Shown piece by piece: positions 46,113 to 56,307 of a DNA stretch of 64,000 nucleotides. Position 1 is the stretch's first letter. Every line of letters starts with the position of its first letter. The notes below the pieces were generated by a model, which made no database searches, was not told the DNA's origin, and saw nothing but the letters and a program-made list of their open reading frames with translations. Made by a program: the position numbers and the translations under genes. Source of the DNA: a virus. Where the stretch lies: positions 49,444-113,443 of the IMG/VR virus record IMGVR_UViG_3300005663_000033; one strand, 5' to 3'.

Positions 46113-46644
46113 AATCAACTGGGATGATTATTTTATGGTACAAGCCCTTTGGGCTAAAGTACGTAGTCCAGATAGTAGTACGCAATGTGGCTGCGTTTTG
46201 GTAGATAAACGTGGTAGGCCGATTGGTCAGGGTTATAATGGATACCCGAGAAACATCGACGACAGTAAAATGCCTCAAACACGGCCAGAAAAATATCCTT
46301 CCATTTTACATTCGGAAGAAAACGCTATATCCAATTCTGTTGGAGACCTGGAAGGAGCTACTGTTTACGTTACAGGACCACCATGTATTCATTGTTGGGC
46401 TCATATTATTCAAAAGGGAATCAAACGAGTTGTGTATGGACCAATTACAACATCATCTAAGGGATTGTATTCTGATGCGCAATTAGATAATCCAAACCAG
46501 GTTGTCGCAGACATGCTGGAGAATCAAGACATAGAAGTGGTTAGATGGATACCCAATAATTATGAACTGATCAAAGAAGAACTCGAACTGATTCGACGAT
46601 TGGTAATGGGGGCATTGGGCGAAATAGATGTCGGTATTAATTAA
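46099..46644 (+). CDS. dCMP deaminase
   Basis: WDDYFM, RSPDSSTQCG, GYNG, HSEENAI, PCIHC. Confidence 0.88.
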   Translation: MLRTRINWDDYFMVQALWAKVRSPDSSTQCGCVLVDKRGRPIGQGYNGYPRNIDDSKMPQTRPEKYPSILHSEENAISNSVGDLEGATVYVTGPPCIHCWAHIIQKGIKRVVYGPITTSSKGLYSDAQLDNPNQVVADMLENQDIEVVRWIPNNYELIKEELELIRRLVMGALGEIDVGIN

Positions 46645-47254
46645 TTTGATTGGTAAAAGATTTGGACGACTTGTTGTAATTAAACGTATTATTAACAACA
46701 ATGGGAAAAATGCCAAATGGTTATGTATTTGTGATTGTGGCAATGAGACATCTGTTTTGAGTAGTCATCTTATAAGGAATAATATTAAAAGTTGTGGGTG
46801 CCTACAAAGAGAAATGACATCTGTTAAAAATACTAAACATGGTCATCTTAAAAATGGAAGAGTATCTACAATTTATAGATCATGGACAAATATGAAAACA
46901 AGATGTGTAAATAGAAAATATAATGAATATGAGAGTTATGGCGGTAGAGGGATTACCGTCTGTAAACGATGGTTAAAGTTCAAAAATTTTAACTACGATA
47001 TGGGTAAGAGATGGAAACCTGGATTACAAATAGATAGAATCAATAATGATAAAGGATACTGCAAAGAAAATTGCCGTTGGGTTACTTCCAAAATAAATAA
47101 TAGGAATAAGCGCAAGAATCTTTATAAAACACACAGAGGGAAAACCAAGCTTGTAATAGAATGGGCAAAAGAACATGATATTCCTTATAAGACTTTATGG
47201 GCGAGATTGTATCGATATGGTTGGTCAACAGAAAAAGCACTAACTACTCCTTGA
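46628..47254 (+). CDS. HNH-type homing endonuclease, paralog 3
   Basis: NLIGKRFGRL, CICDCG, YGGRGITVCKRW, IDRINNDKGYCKENCRW. Confidence 0.85.
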   Translation: MSVLINLIGKRFGRLVVIKRIINNNGKNAKWLCICDCGNETSVLSSHLIRNNIKSCGCLQREMTSVKNTKHGHLKNGRVSTIYRSWTNMKTRCVNRKYNEYESYGGRGITVCKRWLKFKNFNYDMGKRWKPGLQIDRINNDKGYCKENCRWVTSKINNRNKRKNLYKTHRGKTKLVIEWAKEHDIPYKTLWARLYRYGWSTEKALTTP

Positions 47255-47273
47255 AAAAGAATAAATAGATAAT

Positions 47274-47634
47274 ATGGAAATTAAATTGCTTAAAGGTGGG
47301 ATAGCTAAACTACGACTAAAAAATAAACGGCTTAGAAGTAGAGAAAAATCAAAATCACAATTTCAATATGATATAGGACAACAATTGACTGGTCAATATC
47401 CACACGATATTATTTTTGAAGAAGTAATAATACCTGGAGATGGATTTATTATTGATTTTTTTATACCATCTATCAATTTAGTGATAGAGTGCCATGGTCT
47501 TCAGCATCGACAACATATAAAACATTTTCATAAAACAAAACGAGAATTTCATTGTCAGCAAGATACTGATCAAAAAAAAAAGGGATTGGTGTGAATTGAA
47601 TGGATTTCGTTTGATCGAGATTTACTATGAGTAA
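47274..47634 (+). CDS. Vsr/DUF559-like endonuclease, frameshifted in an A10 run (in-frame stop at 47594)
   Basis: IDFFIP...VIECHGLQH; removing one A gives the ending DQKKRDWCELNGFRLIEIYYE, which overlaps the next ATG. Confidence 0.7.
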
Positions 47635-48040
47635 CCTAAATCAAGAAGTAATAGAATACAAGAAACAACTTGATCAATGGATTACAGCATTAGGATTACT
47701 ACAACACCAACCATCTAACATAGAAGTTGAAACTATTATCAAATTAACGCGAGAAAAATTGAGAGAAAGGTCATCCACACAACTATCTGAAGATGCGATT
47801 ATGTTAGCTCAATACGCTTTGTTTCTACAACAGAAAACCAATGAGTGTAAAACTTTTCTCAAATGGTCTGGTCAAATAGTAAATCGTTTGCTTGGAGATG
47901 ATCGCCCAAAACTAAATCAGTGGACAAGACAGGCAGAACTTAGGATAGAACTAATAGCCTATCTAACTCGTAGAATCGAATTGATAGGACAGAGTATCAG
48001 CGGTCTTGTGAGAGCCCGATATAACGAAGGGAGAAATTAA
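47627..48040 (+). CDS. helical hypothetical protein
   Basis: ORF coupled at both ends. Confidence 0.65.
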   Translation: MSNLNQEVIEYKKQLDQWITALGLLQHQPSNIEVETIIKLTREKLRERSSTQLSEDAIMLAQYALFLQQKTNECKTFLKWSGQIVNRLLGDDRPKLNQWTRQAELRIELIAYLTRRIELIGQSISGLVRARYNEGRN

Positions 48041-48582
48041 TGAGTCCAATCGAACATATTGCAGAAGGAATAAAAGAAGGTAATTGGGAAACTGTTTGCG
48101 AAGGATATGAACGACTTACGGGGGAATCTTTGCCATGTCCAACTACATCTGCGACGAATGAAGCTAAAGAAGCATTGGGCAAAATTGCGAATATAGTATC
48201 AAATGTTCTTTGTGAACCAATCCTAAAACAGATATTGTCAAAAAATAAGAAAAAATCTGGTCGACCCAAAGGAAGTGGGAAAAAGACAAAGAAAACACCT
48301 GACAAAGATAATTCTTCCATCAATTTAGACGACAAGAAAAAAACAATAGTTAAGAAAGAAATCGGTGGGACCAGATTGATTACCAATAATCCTGATCCAG
48401 AAGAGGTTATCAAGAATAAGGAAAAATCCATAAGAGCAAACATAAATAAGGTTAAACTTGAGCGACAACCTACAAAAACCTTTCAAGCTGAATGTAACGA
48501 ATGTGAGCAATCTTTTGAATCAAACAGACCGGATGGGGAATTAGGACAAAAATGTCCTAAGTGTCTTAAGAAAAGAAGATAG
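48040..48582 (+). CDS. basic protein with AT-hook-like GRPKG and C-terminal zinc ribbon
   Basis: KKSGRPKGSGKK; CNEC...CPKC. Confidence 0.65.
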   Translation: MSPIEHIAEGIKEGNWETVCEGYERLTGESLPCPTTSATNEAKEALGKIANIVSNVLCEPILKQILSKNKKKSGRPKGSGKKTKKTPDKDNSSINLDDKKKTIVKKEIGGTRLITNNPDPEEVIKNKEKSIRANINKVKLERQPTKTFQAECNECEQSFESNRPDGELGQKCPKCLKKRR

Positions 48583-48591
48583 GTTTATCTA

Positions 48592-50034
48592 ATGGGCAAT
48601 AAACCCAATGCATTACTTCAAGATTCAGGTATGGAACGGGCAATTCTTGCCGGGATTACCACCTATGGTACCGATTGTTTCTTTGAAGTTGAAGATATAA
48701 TTGGTGTTGCAGATTTTTATTGGACATACAATCAAGAATTATTCAAAATTCTCTCCCACCTAGTTCATAAAGAAGATGTCAAAACTTTTGATACACCTAG
48801 TATTCAAGCAACAGCGAAGATTCTTGGACATAATGATTTCACAAGTGGAGGCAAGCATTCGGAATATCTTGATGCAATTATGGACGAAACTGGTTCATCA
48901 AAAGATAACGTTCGATCATTAGTCGTTGCAGTGTATAAACTCTCATTAGCTCGACGTGGATATCTAGCCGCAACTAGAATCCAGAATAATCTCAAAAAGA
49001 TTACTGGTGCAGAAGAAGTGGACAATATTATAGGACAAATAGAGGAACCGATTTTTGAGTTCACCGGACAAATTATGGATCAGGGTGCGAGCATCGTATC
49101 TCTTGGACAAAGATTCGGTGATGTAATGACAACCCTTTCCGAAACACCGCAAGATATAGTTGGTTTGCCAACAGGATTTCCTGCGTGGGACGAAGCTATA
49201 GGGGGAGGATTACGACCAGCTACGGTTAACATAATAGGCGCAAGACCCAAGATTGGCAAGAGCTTCATTTGTATCAACATAGCAAGAAATATGGCTGAGA
49301 ATGGAATACCCGTGTTGTATCTCGACACAGAACTTACGAGTGATATCCAGTTGCACCGGCTATCATCTTTGGTGTCTGGCGTAGACCTGAATCATGTTGA
49401 GACTGGCCAATTTAAGCATAATCAGCAAGAATCAGAAGCTCTATGGGGTTGTCAAAAACATATTGAAGGTCTACCTATTGATCATTTTTCAGTAGCAGGT
49501 TTAGCACCGCATTCTATCATGTCGATTGCAAGACGATGGCTATCAAAGACAGTCGGATTTACAAATAGCGGCGCAGCAAAGCCATGTCTAATTATCTATG
49601 ATTATTTGAAACTGATGGACGATGGTGGATTCAAAAATAATCTACAAGAATTCCAATTACTTGGTTTTCTGATTACGGCATTACACAATTTTGCTGTCAA
49701 GTTCAAACTACCAGTACTGGCAACTGTTCAATTGAATAGAGATGGCGTTGATAAAGAAGGGGCAGAAGTAATTTCTGGATCAGATAGGATTGTGTGGTTG
49801 TGTAGCAGCTTTACTATTCTCAAGAAAAAGATTCAGACCGAACTCAACGAAGATAAGCCATCAAACGGTACCAAGAAATTGGTAGTGACAGACACACGAT
49901 TTGGCGCTGGTATGGAAAGTGGCGAATATATTAACGTGATAAGTAACCTAGAGGTAGGCAAATTCACAGAAGGCAAACCGTTTTCTGTGGCGGCACAATC
50001 TGCTCTGGAGAATCAAGCCAATGAGAAGGTTTAG
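48592..50034 (+). CDS. dnaB: replicative DNA helicase
   Basis: GLPTGF, GARPKIGKS, LYLDTE, IIYDYLKL, VQLNR. Confidence 0.92.
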   Translation: MGNKPNALLQDSGMERAILAGITTYGTDCFFEVEDIIGVADFYWTYNQELFKILSHLVHKEDVKTFDTPSIQATAKILGHNDFTSGGKHSEYLDAIMDETGSSKDNVRSLVVAVYKLSLARRGYLAATRIQNNLKKITGAEEVDNIIGQIEEPIFEFTGQIMDQGASIVSLGQRFGDVMTTLSETPQDIVGLPTGFPAWDEAIGGGLRPATVNIIGARPKIGKSFICINIARNMAENGIPVLYLDTELTSDIQLHRLSSLVSGVDLNHVETGQFKHNQQESEALWGCQKHIEGLPIDHFSVAGLAPHSIMSIARRWLSKTVGFTNSGAAKPCLIIYDYLKLMDDGGFKNNLQEFQLLGFLITALHNFAVKFKLPVLATVQLNRDGVDKEGAEVISGSDRIVWLCSSFTILKKKIQTELNEDKPSNGTKKLVVTDTRFGAGMESGEYINVISNLEVGKFTEGKPFSVAAQSALENQANEKV

Positions 50035-51196
50035 TTCTCAGGATATCACCTTTATTCAGGATCGTGCTTGCGAGCGTATTGCTGAAGTGTTCGATGCTAT
50101 TGGTTGCGATTACACCGAGAGACATGATTATATACAAGCAGCCTGTCCTGTTCACGAAGGGGATAATCAGAGAGCTATGTTTTGGGCTATCCGCTCTAAT
50201 CACTGGCAGTGTAAAACGAGAGGGTGTCATCGTGATACTATCACTGGTCCATCCAACAGTGTATTTGGTCTGGTTCGCGGAACCATGAGTCGCAAGACAG
50301 AAAAAGAATGGAGCTTTCAACAAGCTGTTAATTTCGTAGCTCAAGCATTGGGATTAGAAAAATGTAACGTCGGTGATACTACGGCTCAGGACGTTGAAAT
50401 AGCCAAGATTATTAAACAACACAGAAAGAAACAATCTGCCACACAGAGACAAGGAATACCATTATATGAAACAGTTTCAAATCTAAAATCAGATCAAGTT
50501 TATTATCCCAACCGAGGTATTTCGCCAGAAATTATTGCTAAGTATCATATATCATTTTGCAACACTAAAGGTAAACAAATGTACAAGCGTGCATTTTTTC
50601 CCATTTTGGATATAACGGGAAGATATATTGTTGGATGGTCTGGTAGAAGTATTTATGACAAATGTTCTAAATGCGGCATGCATCATCATCCAGAACGACC
50701 ATCATGTCCTGATCCCGAATATGGTGGAGTATATACAAAATGGAAACATTCCAAAGACTTTCGTGGAGAATTATGTCTTTATAATATTTGGTACGCCAAG
50801 CCTTTTATTAGCAAAACTGGTACAGTTATTTTGTGTGAAGGGCCTGGTGATGCATGGGCATATGAAGCAGCGGGGATACGTAATAGCGTAGCCCTGTTGG
50901 GATTGAATCTGTCTCGTCAGCAACGGTTGATGTTACAAAATGCTGGAGCATTAACGGTTATATGTACATTCGATAACGATGAATCTGGTAAGAAAGCCAT
51001 GCAAAGACTAGAGCGAGATTTGACCCATTACTTTAGAGTATTTTGCGTAACACCCGATACTGTGAAAGATATCGGAGATATGCTTCCAGGTGATATCGCA
51101 GAGAAAATTGGTCCTGTTTTGGAACGAGCATCTAGAGCGAAAATGCTTTCGGATGACTATGTGACGGAGAATGTAGATGAAAAATCCAAATTTTGA
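50021..51196 (+). CDS. dnaG: DNA primase (CHC2 zinc finger + TOPRIM)
   Basis: CPVH...CKTRGC; GWSGR; CEGPGD; FDNDESG. Confidence 0.88.
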   Translation: MRRFSSQDITFIQDRACERIAEVFDAIGCDYTERHDYIQAACPVHEGDNQRAMFWAIRSNHWQCKTRGCHRDTITGPSNSVFGLVRGTMSRKTEKEWSFQQAVNFVAQALGLEKCNVGDTTAQDVEIAKIIKQHRKKQSATQRQGIPLYETVSNLKSDQVYYPNRGISPEIIAKYHISFCNTKGKQMYKRAFFPILDITGRYIVGWSGRSIYDKCSKCGMHHHPERPSCPDPEYGGVYTKWKHSKDFRGELCLYNIWYAKPFISKTGTVILCEGPGDAWAYEAAGIRNSVALLGLNLSRQQRLMLQNAGALTVICTFDNDESGKKAMQRLERDLTHYFRVFCVTPDTVKDIGDMLPGDIAEKIGPVLERASRAKMLSDDYVTENVDEKSKF

Positions 51197-51578
51197 AATT
51201 AAAGATTCTGGCAATAGAGAAGAATTTGCGGGTGGTGCAGTCCGCGACACCGATGATGGAAAACCTAGGTTTGATCTTATTCCACCACTAGCGGAGAAGC
51301 GAGTAGCCTTACATTATGGTAGTGGCGCTAAGAAGTATGATGAATGGAATTGGGCTAAGGGAATGCCCTATAGTCGTTTCGTGGCAAGTATGAAAAGACA
51401 TATTGCAGCATTTGAACGAGGAGAAATAGACGAGGATCATTTAGCAGCAGTAGTATTTAATGCTAATTCTATCATGCATTTTCAAGAATGTGGAAGGAAC
51501 GAATTAGACGATATAACTCCTCGCATAAAAGAGTGGTATGCCTATAGAGATAGGATGAGCAAAAATGAGGGTGGTTAA
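51177..51578 (+). CDS. DUF5664 dATP/dGTP diphosphohydrolase-family protein
   Basis: GAVRD..DGKPRFDLIP...GAKKY..WNW.KG...RH...EDHLAA. Confidence 0.82.
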   Translation: MKNPNFEIKDSGNREEFAGGAVRDTDDGKPRFDLIPPLAEKRVALHYGSGAKKYDEWNWAKGMPYSRFVASMKRHIAAFERGEIDEDHLAAVVFNANSIMHFQECGRNELDDITPRIKEWYAYRDRMSKNEGG

Positions 51579-52518
51579 ATGTAGTGCCAGCGCAATCGGA
51601 CGATATAATCATTGTTCATTTTCATATTTTCTACACTACATCTTGGGCATGGAATCTAAAGCTGGAAAAGCTGCTCTTCAGGGGAGTATCGTTCACCAAG
51701 CCTTTGATTGGATGGCAAAATTGCGGAAACGCGGTAAGACAAACGTAGACCCGATGTGGTTGTTGGATCGTGCTTGGGATGAATTTACTATCAAATCTCC
51801 CGAGTTCGGACTTCGTCGCGTGACCACTCGCATAGACAAGGAAACTGGTGGATTCAAAGAAGCAGCAGACTTCAAAAAATGCCGAATTGCCATGGAAGTA
51901 GTATTAGCTGATTCTTACGCCAATCCATATAACAATAAGGTCGTCGATTCTGAACGATGGTTTGCTTTGGAAATTCCGGGGGATGAGTGGAAGTGTCTTG
52001 ACAAAGATGGCAACGAACATCAATTCGCCGTACGTGGTTTCATCGACTTAGTGAATGAAATAGATGACGGAACAATTGAGATCATTGATTGGAAAACAGG
52101 AAGTCGCAAAGACTACTACACACAACAGCCCATAGATGAGGCCGCATTGATGAGAGAAATACAACCAAGGCTTTATCATTTGGCAGCATATTTTTTATAC
52201 CCCGAATATAAAAACATACTTATTACGTTTTACTATACAAATGAGGGTGGTCCAATTACAATAGCTTTATCTCAAGATGATTTAGCAATGACTATAGCTG
52301 CTTTATATCGTTTTTTCATAACGATTAGTCATGATACATTGATTCTTAGAAATCGTCAATGGCAATGTCGCATGTGCAATTTTAATAAGAACGACGTGTG
52401 TTGCAGAGTATGGAGTGATTTACATACAATGGGTGGTCAATATGTTATAGATCAATACGCCAAACTTAGTTGTAAGGATCAATTGGCGATAGGAAAATCG
52501 GAGAAGCAAGATGAGTAA
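51565..52518 (+). CDS. PD-(D/E)XK nuclease (Cas4/AddB-like, Fe-S cysteines)
   Basis: SASAI...C, GSIVH, RGFIDL, IIDWKTG, QPRLY, CRMC..C. Confidence 0.8.
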   Translation: MRVVKCSASAIGRYNHCSFSYFLHYILGMESKAGKAALQGSIVHQAFDWMAKLRKRGKTNVDPMWLLDRAWDEFTIKSPEFGLRRVTTRIDKETGGFKEAADFKKCRIAMEVVLADSYANPYNNKVVDSERWFALEIPGDEWKCLDKDGNEHQFAVRGFIDLVNEIDDGTIEIIDWKTGSRKDYYTQQPIDEAALMREIQPRLYHLAAYFLYPEYKNILITFYYTNEGGPITIALSQDDLAMTIAALYRFFITISHDTLILRNRQWQCRMCNFNKNDVCCRVWSDLHTMGGQYVIDQYAKLSCKDQLAIGKSEKQDE

Positions 52519-54853
52519 AAAAACGTATATTCCGTTGCACGCGCATAGTTTCTATAGCCTTCTTGACGGGCTTTGTTCGCCCAAGGATATCATAGATAGA
52601 TGCGTAGAGTTGGGATTACCAGCCTGCGCAATTACAGACCACGGTTCGATTGCCGGTATGAAGGTGTTCTATGACGCAGCCAAGAAGAAAAAGATTAAGC
52701 CGATTATAGGATGTGAGATGTACATATGTGAACAAGATCCAACTATTAAAAATAATGACAACAATCGACGGCATCACCTCATAGTGTTGGCAAAAAATGA
52801 TCAAGGCATCAAGGACTTAATGGCTTTGGTTAGCGAATCTAATCAACCTCACCATTTTTATCGTAAGCCTCGCATTCATCTGGCGGGTATTGCACCATTC
52901 GCAAAACGTGGCAATCTTATATTTTTAACCGCTTGTATTGGTGGCGAACTACCAATGTCTTTATTTACTGATTTTAAGGAAGCGGCTATAGCGAGTCAGC
53001 ATGGAACTCATGTGAAAGCTGTGAGGCAGCATCTGAAGCCAAATTGGAAAGATGTTGGCAAAGCAATTATTCATAAGCATGTGGCAACATTCGGGAAAGG
53101 TAACTATTATCTAGAATTGCAAGATGAAGGAATGGATATCCAGACTGTTGTTGTGGAATGCTTGAGGGAACTAAGTAAAGATACCGGAATTCCAACTGTA
53201 GCCACCATTGATTCTCATTATGCGAGAAAAGAAGATGCAGAAGATCAGCGACTATTGCTTTATGCCCAACTGCACACAACTAAAGAAGCCCAGGAATACA
53301 GAATTGCTAGTGGCCAGGATGTTATGGACTTTTTTGTCTCGGACAATTATCACATTCCTTCTTATGAAGAAATGCGTCAAAAATTCACAGAAGCAGAACT
53401 TCAAACAACATTAGACATCGCAAACCAAATACAATATTCATCGTTAGGTCATGATCCATATCTTCCTGTTTTTACCAATGACGAATCAAAGAAACTCGGA
53501 CTCGATTCAGATGGTTATCTAAGTTATCTATGTATAGAAGGTGCCAAAAAGAAATTAATTCACCTCGACCCATCCCGAAAGAAAATCTACTGGAAGAGAT
53601 TGCAGAGAGAACTTGTTGTTATCCGCGAAGCTAAATTAGCGGATTATTTTCTGATCGTTTGGGATGCATGTAAATTCGTTGATAAAAACAACGGACCGAG
53701 GGGCAAGGGGCGCGGTTCTGGTGCTGGATCACTGATAAACTATCTCACCGGAATTACTGGTATAGACCCCATCGAATATGGTCTATACTTTGAGAGATTC
53801 TATAACATGAGTCGTAACATCCCTCCCCACTTTGATGTCGGGCAAATTGACTTTATGTCATGGATGTCTGACAACTTTGAACTGCTACACACAAGAGATG
53901 TTGATGAAGAACGTAAGATGGTGGCACAACAATTAGCAAGACGAATAAAGCAATACAACGTTGAATTCACATCGAGCATGAGAACCGAAGTGGAATGGAT
54001 TGACGAGAAGAATCCTAGAATGTGGATGTATCTGTGGGATATGATTAAGCTTAAACCAGCGAATAATCCATCCAATTCTCATTTGGCGTTTGGGCTAGGC
54101 ATTACTATAGTATCCCCTGAATTCGACGAAGAGAAGCGTGTCAAGATACACAATGGTCATATTAGTTTGCCAGATATCGACACGGATATTGGTGTAGTTT
54201 TTCGTAGCCAAGTAATTGTATACTTAAAGGAGCGATGGGGCGAAGAATACGTTGCTCAAATGATTACCTTTGGTAGACTTCAGGGTAAAGCAGCACTCAA
54301 AGAAGTGTTTCGTGCTCACCCAGATACTGTTAAGCATTTGATGAAGGTGAAAGCTCTTAAAGAAGGTAAGGACGCGAATGATATTTGCATGAGTCCACAT
54401 GATCTATGTAATGATATCACAAAACATATTCCAGATGAAGCAACAATAGCCGACGAATTGAGGCAGGCTAGAGAAGAACAAGGTGATGATTATGGGATTC
54501 TACAATGGGCGATACATCATGTAGAACAGGTTCAAACTGCTTATGAATGGTACAAACCATTATTCGACCAAGCCATGAGAATCGAAGGAACCAAAAAATC
54601 CCAATCAAAACACGCTGCTGGTGTAGTAATTGCAGATAGACCAATTGAAGAACTTGTGCCATTGGTTTATGATGCCAAGAATAAAGATCGTGTTGTTGGC
54701 CTGGAGATGTATAACGCTGAAGACATGGGTGCTGTCAAGTTTGATTTTCTTGGAGTTGTAGCATTAGATAAAATGTGGAAAGCTCAGGATTTAATAAATG
54801 GTTGTGACGAGGAAGAAGTATTAGAAGAAGGATTGATCAATGTCATAGATTAA
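52511..54853 (+). CDS. dnaE: DNA polymerase III alpha, N-terminal part (PHP + catalytic palm)
   Basis: LHAHSFYSLLDG, AITDHG, GRGSGAGSL, FERF, PDIDTD, HAAGVVI, KFDFLG; stops shortly after KFDFLG. Confidence 0.92.
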   Translation: MSKKTYIPLHAHSFYSLLDGLCSPKDIIDRCVELGLPACAITDHGSIAGMKVFYDAAKKKKIKPIIGCEMYICEQDPTIKNNDNNRRHHLIVLAKNDQGIKDLMALVSESNQPHHFYRKPRIHLAGIAPFAKRGNLIFLTACIGGELPMSLFTDFKEAAIASQHGTHVKAVRQHLKPNWKDVGKAIIHKHVATFGKGNYYLELQDEGMDIQTVVVECLRELSKDTGIPTVATIDSHYARKEDAEDQRLLLYAQLHTTKEAQEYRIASGQDVMDFFVSDNYHIPSYEEMRQKFTEAELQTTLDIANQIQYSSLGHDPYLPVFTNDESKKLGLDSDGYLSYLCIEGAKKKLIHLDPSRKKIYWKRLQRELVVIREAKLADYFLIVWDACKFVDKNNGPRGKGRGSGAGSLINYLTGITGIDPIEYGLYFERFYNMSRNIPPHFDVGQIDFMSWMSDNFELLHTRDVDEERKMVAQQLARRIKQYNVEFTSSMRTEVEWIDEKNPRMWMYLWDMIKLKPANNPSNSHLAFGLGITIVSPEFDEEKRVKIHNGHISLPDIDTDIGVVFRSQVIVYLKERWGEEYVAQMITFGRLQGKAALKEVFRAHPDTVKHLMKVKALKEGKDANDICMSPHDLCNDITKHIPDEATIADELRQAREEQGDDYGILQWAIHHVEQVQTAYEWYKPLFDQAMRIEGTKKSQSKHAAGVVIADRPIEELVPLVYDAKNKDRVVGLEMYNAEDMGAVKFDFLGVVALDKMWKAQDLINGCDEEEVLEEGLINVID

Positions 54854-54924
54854 TCACGCAATACATAATTTTCATAATGATTGTTTATTAGCACGTTTTG
54901 TATATTGTGATTGGAGGAAATAAG

Positions 54925-55500
54925 ATGAGTCGTATATTTTTGGATGTTGGAAGCAACACCGGACAAACAATAGAGTTGTTATTACAGTCACGTTTTAGAA
55001 TCGATCATATTGTAGGTTTCGAACCTTCTCCGATATGTTGTGATATTCTCAATAGTAAATTTGAATCTAATCACAAAGTAGAAATAGTAGAGGCTGGATT
55101 GTGGTTCGAGACATGTGAAATGGATTTACATAATGAAGGATCAGTTGGCGGGACAGTACATGCTGATTATCAAACAACTTGTGACCCAGAGAAACGTATT
55201 ACCAGATGTAGGTTTATCAAGGCGTCGGATTGGTTCAGAGATTATGTTTCTGAAGATGATGAAGTTTTTTTGAAACTCAATTGCGAGGGTAGTGAGTGTC
55301 GTATTGTTACAGACCTTCTTGATTCGGGAGAATATGACAAAGTGAAAGCTACGTTGATAGATTTTGATGTCAGGAAATCTCCTATGGCAAAACCACAAGA
55401 AAATGAATTGCGAGAACGATTGAAAATTGCAGGTATTAATAATCTACATATTTATGCTGGCGATTATCGACACATGTTGCTTCCTTCGGTGTTGAGATAA
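54925..55500 (+). CDS. FkbM-family methyltransferase
   Basis: FLDVGSNTG, GFEP, LKLNCEGSE; GGAGG SD. Confidence 0.82.
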   Translation: MSRIFLDVGSNTGQTIELLLQSRFRIDHIVGFEPSPICCDILNSKFESNHKVEIVEAGLWFETCEMDLHNEGSVGGTVHADYQTTCDPEKRITRCRFIKASDWFRDYVSEDDEVFLKLNCEGSECRIVTDLLDSGEYDKVKATLIDFDVRKSPMAKPQENELRERLKIAGINNLHIYAGDYRHMLLPSVLR

Positions 55501-55548
55501 ATGGCTAGATTGATCGACTTAACAAATAGTTGGAAAAATCAAGAATAA
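55501..55548 (+). pseudogene. possible remnant of a deleted HNH endonuclease gene (15 codons)
   Basis: MARLIDLT... matches the starts MPKLIDLTG (27404) and MSVLINLIG (46628). Confidence 0.5.
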
Positions 55549-55562
55549 AAAGGAGACATGTA

Positions 55563-56306
55563 ATGAAACCTAATATATTTATGTATTGGGATAATCCACC
55601 TGGAAAAACAGAGCCACCAGCTTATATACAGTTATGTCATGAGACAATTCGTAAACATTGCGAAAATGATTTCGACATACATTTGGTGACAACTAAAAAT
55701 GTAAAACAATTTCTACCAAATATCTCTTCAAGTTTTTTCCAGATTGCTCAAATCAACAACAAATCCAATTTTTTAAGATACACACTTCTCAAAGAACATG
55801 GTGGCATTTGGTTGGATAGTGATCTGATTTTATTCCAAAGTCTACAACCAATGCTCGACTTACTAGAAGATGGAATCGACCTTGTAGCAACTGCCTCTCC
55901 TACTCTTCGCTATGGAGAACCCGAATGCGGTTTCTTGCTTTCGGCGAAGCGCGGTGTGGTGATTTCCAAAGCCGTTTCGGTAATTGAGTATGCCATTGAT
56001 TTGCACCCACCAGGCCATATATTCAAATGGGGTTCACTTGGACCTGGAACAATAAGAGAGGCGGTAAAGGGAAAAAGATATCATCATCTTGATTGTCGTT
56101 TGATTAGTCCCATTCCGTCTTGGGAAGCCTTCAGGTTCGGTGGAAAAGAGTCAATCAGCGGATGTTGTATCGAAAACTTATACGGAGTAATGCTTTTTCA
56201 CGAGATGTTTAAGCAAGACAACAGTCCATTTCTTAAAATGACTCGTCAACAATTGTTAGATAGCCCAACTCTTTTGGGCCAAATGTTCAGAAAGGCGATA
56301 GTTTAA
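55563..56306 (+). CDS. GT32-like DxD glycosyltransferase (capsular polysaccharide synthesis family)
   Basis: IFMYW...C..TI...SNFLRY.LL.EHGGIWLDSD...GP. Confidence 0.82.
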   Translation: MKPNIFMYWDNPPGKTEPPAYIQLCHETIRKHCENDFDIHLVTTKNVKQFLPNISSSFFQIAQINNKSNFLRYTLLKEHGGIWLDSDLILFQSLQPMLDLLEDGIDLVATASPTLRYGEPECGFLLSAKRGVVISKAVSVIEYAIDLHPPGHIFKWGSLGPGTIREAVKGKRYHHLDCRLISPIPSWEAFRFGGKESISGCCIENLYGVMLFHEMFKQDNSPFLKMTRQQLLDSPTLLGQMFRKAIV

Positions 56307-56307
56307 G

